Origin: Eukaryota sp. GEM-RC1
Taxonomy: Eukaryota
NCBI GenBank assembly: GCA_040285855.1
Contig: JAUFOQ010000003.1
Span: 124,001 to 188,000 of the forward strand
Direction: 5' to 3'
Length of the DNA: 64,000 nt
Part shown: one piece after another, positions 59,029 through 64,000 of the stretch
Layout: every line of letters starts with the position of its first letter
How positions within the stretch are numbered: position 1 is the stretch's first letter
Position numbers and translations under genes: made by a program
The notes under the pieces: generated by a model
Seen by the model: the letters and a program-made list of their open reading frames with translations, nothing else
What the model was told of the DNA's origin: nothing
The model's database searches: none

Positions 59029-61467
59029 TTAACCCCAAACAACCATCTCATGGGAGTCAGTATAACTATAAAAGAAGGGATAATAAAAGAACTCATCTCC
59101 TTGAGGTAAATAACCAGAAACTTCAAAATCTTCCGACTTCATGGTGATACAATAACTAATCATATCGACAGTAACAGTCATTGGAAGACAATTAAACCAA
59201 CAAGCTTGATTGCCAGACAAGCATCCATAAGCAGTGTTTAAAGAGGTAAGGCAGTGAGAATCTTCCAGTAAGCGACCATTAGAAGAGAAGTTTTTGAAGT
59301 TAATGACGCCAGTTCCACAAGCTTTTTGACCATTGCCATTCCAGTAAATGTTCCAATGGTATACGAAGCCTGGTAGAAGTGGATATGCCCCAAGAACGTT
59401 GCGGTACTCATCAGATTCGTAATTAAATCGTAAGAAGTGTTGGCAATCCGAAATAGAAGCAGATAAAGGAGAATAAGTGAAAGAAAACAAAGGGTAAAAA
59501 CAGCATGTTTCAAACTTATCTTTTCTTCCACAGAACCATTTAAAAGGTGTAGAATTAGAGTGCAGAGTGTTGCCCATCATTTCAAGTCCAAATTTGTAAA
59601 CGTCACCATTAGCAGACTCTGCAAGACTTACACAATCACCAGCGTAGCAACAGTCGACATTGTCCATCACAAAGAGTGGTTCTAATTGATTGAGCTCAGA
59701 ATAGTGATTGATCCAACGTTTACACCCTATTTCTCCATAGTCATTGTAACCCCAACAAAAGAGTTTTCCTTCTAAAGTAATTACCATGGAATGACCAGCA
59801 CCAGCATCACAAAAGGAAACGTCATCCATGATTTTGACTGGAGTTGATTGATTGATTGCTGAGCCATTTCCTACTTGCCCTCCTTGATTCCAACCCCAAC
59901 AGTAGAGCTCATTTGAAGTAGTGATTGCCATAGAATGACCTAAACCCAAAGAAACATAGGCCACATCGTCCAGTACTTTTGTTACTTCATCACGTGGACT
60001 AAATTCTTCAGTTCCTAATAATCCAAAAGGATTACTACCACACCAGGAAAGAGAATAATCATCTCCATTTCCTAATTGTCCAAAAGTATTACTACCCCAG
60101 CAGTAAAGAGAACTGTCTTCAGTGATTGCAGCACAATGGTCTTCACTAACAAAGAAGGAAACAACATCAGAAAGAATTAGAGAGAGATTCTTACTGGGGG
60201 AATACTGGAAAAGCTCTTGTTTTGTAGTTAACAGTAGACAGCCATCTAGAAATACCTCAACATCAACTACACCTTTGGAAACTTCCTCCAAGTTAAAGTT
60301 AAAGTCAATAGAGTAAAGGACATTGTCTTTGGAGATGACAAAGCCAGGGTCAGCAGTACCTAAATATCGATTCCTTCCAGCAACACAATACAATGCATTA
60401 TCACAAAGTTTTGTTCTAGTCTGATCCCGTAACAACCACAGAATACCAGCTCTGTCAATTACCAGTGCGTACCAACTACATGAAGATACCACGTCAACAT
60501 TGTCCATTAACTTGATGAGAGAAGAGGTTCGACAAGGCACAAGTCCAATAGAACAATCACTCTCATTACCAATAGCTCCTTGTCCAAAGAGTTCTCCCTT
60601 CCGATTAATGAATAGAATGTGCTGGTCAGACATGGAAACCCTAGCTTTACGCAGTTGGTTTGGTGAAAGAATAGAACAATGAGTGGAATTATTAAGAGAA
60701 ACATCAGAAATAGTTTTGGATAACTCCAATTGAATTTGATTAGTAGTGTTAGTTAATGAATTAATTAGCTGGGTAAGTCCATTTTGAACAGTGATAAGGA
60801 AGGTTGATCGAGCTTCTGTATGAAGAGTATCGCTATTAGGAGCAGAGAGAAGTAGGTGAAGAGTGGTTTGTTGAGCATCAGAGATGATTTGAGAGAAAGT
60901 AGCAGTTGAAAGGGCTGTGATGTCAATATTCAGGGCATGAAGATGAGTAAGAGCTTCTACTGACAAGAGGTTGGTGATGGCATTGGCTTTGATGAGATCA
61001 TTGGATGGTATTGTAGTGGAAATGAGAGATTGATCTGATATACGATTAAGGACAGCTGATGGTTTCCATGAAGCGCATTTGAAGCAAATAGCATCAAACA
61101 AGTTAAAGTGTGTACTTCCCTTGACAATTCTCTCTCCAATAGCGTTGTTATTCTTGGAATCGGGAACTTTCATACAAGATCGACATAGAGAACGACGACA
61201 CGAAGAACACTTTGAGACAGCACTGGCATCTGAACAGTCCTGACAAATGAGGCCACGGAAGTGAGCACACATTTGTTCAATGGTGATGTTGATCCCCAGT
61301 GTGGTTGGCTTGAACTGGACTCGACATAGAGGGCATGAAGGCGTCTTGCTTAACCAGGGTGCGAGGCATTTAGAACGACAAAAGGAATGACCACAAGAAA
61401 GAGTACAAGGTTCATCAAAGATTTCCCAACAGACAGGGCATTGAACGCAATCCATTGGTGATGACAT
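59029..61467 (-). CDS. RING finger - B-box-like - RCC1 repeat - SPRY-like protein (putative E3 ligase)
   Basis: C3HC4 RING (CPVC..CGHSFC..C..CPLC), CxxC/CxxC B-box-like segment, RCC1 repeats (WGSNTFGQLG, WGWNQGGQVG, WGYNDYGEIG) and a beta-rich C-terminus ending YYPFF. Confidence 0.85.
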   Translation of the reverse strand: MSSPMDCVQCPVCWEIFDEPCTLSCGHSFCRSKCLAPWLSKTPSCPLCRVQFKPTTLGINITIEQMCAHFRGLICQDCSDASAVSKCSSCRRSLCRSCMKVPDSKNNNAIGERIVKGSTHFNLFDAICFKCASWKPSAVLNRISDQSLISTTIPSNDLIKANAITNLLSVEALTHLHALNIDITALSTATFSQIISDAQQTTLHLLLSAPNSDTLHTEARSTFLITVQNGLTQLINSLTNTTNQIQLELSKTISDVSLNNSTHCSILSPNQLRKARVSMSDQHILFINRKGELFGQGAIGNESDCSIGLVPCRTSSLIKLMDNVDVVSSCSWYALVIDRAGILWLLRDQTRTKLCDNALYCVAGRNRYLGTADPGFVISKDNVLYSIDFNFNLEEVSKGVVDVEVFLDGCLLLTTKQELFQYSPSKNLSLILSDVVSFFVSEDHCAAITEDSSLYCWGSNTFGQLGNGDDYSLSWCGSNPFGLLGTEEFSPRDEVTKVLDDVAYVSLGLGHSMAITTSNELYCWGWNQGGQVGNGSAINQSTPVKIMDDVSFCDAGAGHSMVITLEGKLFCWGYNDYGEIGCKRWINHYSELNQLEPLFVMDNVDCCYAGDCVSLAESANGDVYKFGLEMMGNTLHSNSTPFKWFCGRKDKFETCCFYPLFSFTYSPLSASISDCQHFLRFNYESDEYRNVLGAYPLLPGFVYHWNIYWNGNGQKACGTGVINFKNFSSNGRLLEDSHCLTSLNTAYGCLSGNQACWFNCLPMTVTVDMISYCITMKSEDFEVSGYLPQGDEFFYYPFFYSYTDSHEMVVWG

Positions 61468-61929
61468 TTGAAATTTGAAATTCCAAATTCTCTCTTCCCA
61501 GAATTTTTGGAACACACGGCGGAAAACACCGTTTCATTTTCGAATTACGATTCCACTGCTCTTGCTTTGTGACTCAATGCTATAGTCCAACTATGTGATC
61601 ATATGACGTTTACAGTCATTTTAGCTCCCCCTTTCAGTAGCTGTTATTGCCTCAATGTAAGACTACTCCCAACCAGAGCGTCTTTCTGTTTTGAATTAAT
61701 CATTGTACACCACGTTGTCATTTGAGATATTAAAAGTCCATCATCCGTAATCTATGTGATTGATCTTAATGACCATTGTAAGACAAACTATATGAACATG
61801 TTTTATGTTATAAATTAACGAAATGCAAACAACTAGTACTTAAAAGATATTAAATGATCCACATCTACATGTAATTAGAAAACAAGTCCAGATTTATAAT
61901 CAAAACACAATAAAACAATGACCAATAAC

Positions 61930-64000
61930 CTACGAAAGATCAATTACGACATCCATTAGCCTAGAAAACTCAATTGCCCATTTCATAGCCACATCTTTCA
62001 AAGAAATGACCGATGACCTGGCATTAGCACGCAGTTTCTCATAATCTTTCGGACTACTATTATAAATCCTCAAAGCTCTTTGAATAGCAGCTACAAAGTC
62101 ATCAACCTGATATCCTTGAAAAGTGAATCCATTTCCCTCTTCAAGAACGTCAACATCAGGGCAGAACTCATGTACAGTATCTTTCAGACCACCAGTTTCA
62201 AAAGCTACTACTGGTGTGCCACACAAAAAGAATTCTTGTTGTACAATACCACCAGGTTCAAACAAAGATGGCATTAAGCCTAAATCACTACCAAGATTAA
62301 GTAATTGCCCATCTAAAAAGAATCGATCTGGAGCTGCCCAAAAGTTATTTGGATAGTCATTACGAAGCCTCCAGCATTCGTGAACACATTGTTGACCATA
62401 GGGATCGTCCTTGGCCGCCATTCCTCCAATAATGAATTGAAGAGGTCGCCCTGATTGGAGAAGATGACGTGCAGCTGCCAGAATTAAATGAACTCCTTTT
62501 TGTTGAGTGAATCTGCCAACAAAACCACAAACAACCTGAGAACTATCAGCAGATCCGAAATACTTTTCTTGTAGTTTAGCCTTTGCATTTACATGGTCAA
62601 CTACAGGCAAATCTTTCAAAATCTCTTGAATTGCAGACGTCCGTGTTTCTACATCAACACCATTGTTAATACCAGCAGCTCTTGGGAACTTTGACAAGAA
62701 ACAATTCCAAGTTCCGTCATGTTTAATATCCTGAAGATAGGTTTTAGAAACAGTACCAACATTGTCACAAAATTGGAAGGCAGAACGTGATAGGGAAACT
62801 CTATTGGAAGGACCAAAGGGATCAATAAAGCAATCAATCCTAATACCCCCAGACAATCTGCTGACGGCATCACTATTAAGGTACATGTAACCCTCGTAAC
62901 CAGTTGATAGATTATGAATTAAATGGAAGAATTTAACTTTTTTGGTAGGGAAGAATTGATAGTTCTTTCCAAAAACAGCAGTTGGAGCGGCCATCCAATC
63001 ATTAGTAATAACACACATTTTGTCTGAAACCTCAGAGAATTCCTCTGGTAATACCCCTGGTTTTGTCAGTACTTCTAAAGCACCTTTAGAAAGACCACAA
63101 CAAGCCTTAAACTTGTGACCATCATTAGCAAACTCATAAGGATAATTGAAAAGCTCTTGTGAATGAAGGGAAGATGTGGTAGACTTTCCCATAGAAACCC
63201 TTATGAACTCCCAAACGAACTTGATTGTCAAGCAAAAGGAAACATCGTGCTCCAGGGAGTGCTGGAATTCGTCTTTAAGATAACCAGACTTTTGGTACTT
63301 GTTGTAATGATAGTAGGGAGAAATGACGACGACTTTTTGACCTAGTTCAGCAAGTTTCTGAGAGAGCTCATATACCATGACCCCCAGACCACCGATTGTT
63401 GACCACTTACCTAATTCGGCAGTTACCAAAACAATCAATCCTTGAGTGTTCATTTGGGAAACTTCCTCTAGAATCTTCTTCCCAGTCGAATACATTGGTC
63501 CTTCTGATTTCTTACTTTCAGTCAGAACATCTTTCAACGTATTTAAAGCAGAAGAACCCCAGTGGTGACCAATAGAGTCATAAGAGGCGTGTAGAAGGAA
63601 CTTTTGCAAAACGCTTGAGAATTTGGTTAATAGTTCTGCATTGTTATCGAAATAAGTCAATAGATTGGTGAAGGTAGCTTGGAAATCTTTAGGTTTAGTT
63701 TCAAATAAAGTGATCAACTCGTTTCCAATGAAATTATGCCGATAATCATGACCCTTCTCAAGTGCTTTTAACAACCTTTCAAAAGAATGCTGTACAGCAA
63801 GCTTCTTGTTCTCAAGAGTATCAGGAAGTAGAGCAATCTTGAGAACCATGGATTCACCTGGTTGAAGTACGTGGAGAAGACGTGATTTGACGAACTCGTT
63901 CTTGTCAAATAGTTCTGGTATCATGTCCTTGTCTTTAAAGTTTGAGATTGAAATAACATAACCAGAGTTTGAGGTGGAATCGGTATTGATTGTTTCAGTT
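61930..64000 (-). CDS. glycogen/starch synthase (GT5-type), 5' partial
   Basis: IGGLG, NDW, HNL, TVS..Y, NGVD, GRFTQQKG, MPSLFEPGGIVQQE and TGGLKDTV motifs; the frame stays open to the window edge. Confidence 0.92.
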   Translation of the reverse strand, partial: TETINTDSTSNSGYVISISNFKDKDMIPELFDKNEFVKSRLLHVLQPGESMVLKIALLPDTLENKKLAVQHSFERLLKALEKGHDYRHNFIGNELITLFETKPKDFQATFTNLLTYFDNNAELLTKFSSVLQKFLLHASYDSIGHHWGSSALNTLKDVLTESKKSEGPMYSTGKKILEEVSQMNTQGLIVLVTAELGKWSTIGGLGVMVYELSQKLAELGQKVVVISPYYHYNKYQKSGYLKDEFQHSLEHDVSFCLTIKFVWEFIRVSMGKSTTSSLHSQELFNYPYEFANDGHKFKACCGLSKGALEVLTKPGVLPEEFSEVSDKMCVITNDWMAAPTAVFGKNYQFFPTKKVKFFHLIHNLSTGYEGYMYLNSDAVSRLSGGIRIDCFIDPFGPSNRVSLSRSAFQFCDNVGTVSKTYLQDIKHDGTWNCFLSKFPRAAGINNGVDVETRTSAIQEILKDLPVVDHVNAKAKLQEKYFGSADSSQVVCGFVGRFTQQKGVHLILAAARHLLQSGRPLQFIIGGMAAKDDPYGQQCVHECWRLRNDYPNNFWAAPDRFFLDGQLLNLGSDLGLMPSLFEPGGIVQQEFFLCGTPVVAFETGGLKDTVHEFCPDVDVLEEGNGFTFQGYQVDDFVAAIQRALRIYNSSPKDYEKLRANARSSVISLKDVAMKWAIEFSRLMDVVIDLS

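Overview
AT-rich eukaryotic nuclear DNA from an anaerobic protist. Evidence: a PFOR gene, tiny 29-30 nt GT-AG introns, the standard genetic code (TAA, TAG and TGA all end genes) and ciliary-type genes such as CCDC148-like; a free-living metamonad-like flagellate is my inference only. Host genes: TBC/Rab-GAP (partial), two eIF4B-like RRM loci, a transmembrane PDI, CCDC148-like, a repeat membrane protein, a TmcB-like membrane protein with a C-terminal hemerythrin, a DAACS transporter, CCAR1/DBC1-like, ZC2HC1-like, PFOR, a GON4L/DUO3-like Myb protein, a BTB-DUF4116 pseudogene, a RING-Bbox-RCC1-SPRY-like gene with a deleted inverted paralog, and a glycogen/starch synthase (partial). Intergenic DNA is packed with nested elements whose ends and target-site duplications (TSDs) are readable: hAT elements and MITEs with 8- and 9-bp TSDs, a MULE, a TA-flanked element, and three families of restriction-like-endonuclease (RLE) non-LTR retrotransposons. 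The most unusual structure is the tRNA-Leu(TAA) locus at 36.6-38.85 kb: one intact gene plus two nested pairs of tRNA halves broken at essentially the same D-arm/anticodon-stem junction, interleaved with RLE retroelement 3' ends. Many genes carry single-base frameshifts at homopolymers, most likely consensus errors, so pseudogene calls are cautious. All family assignments come from motif recognition by eye; no searches were run.
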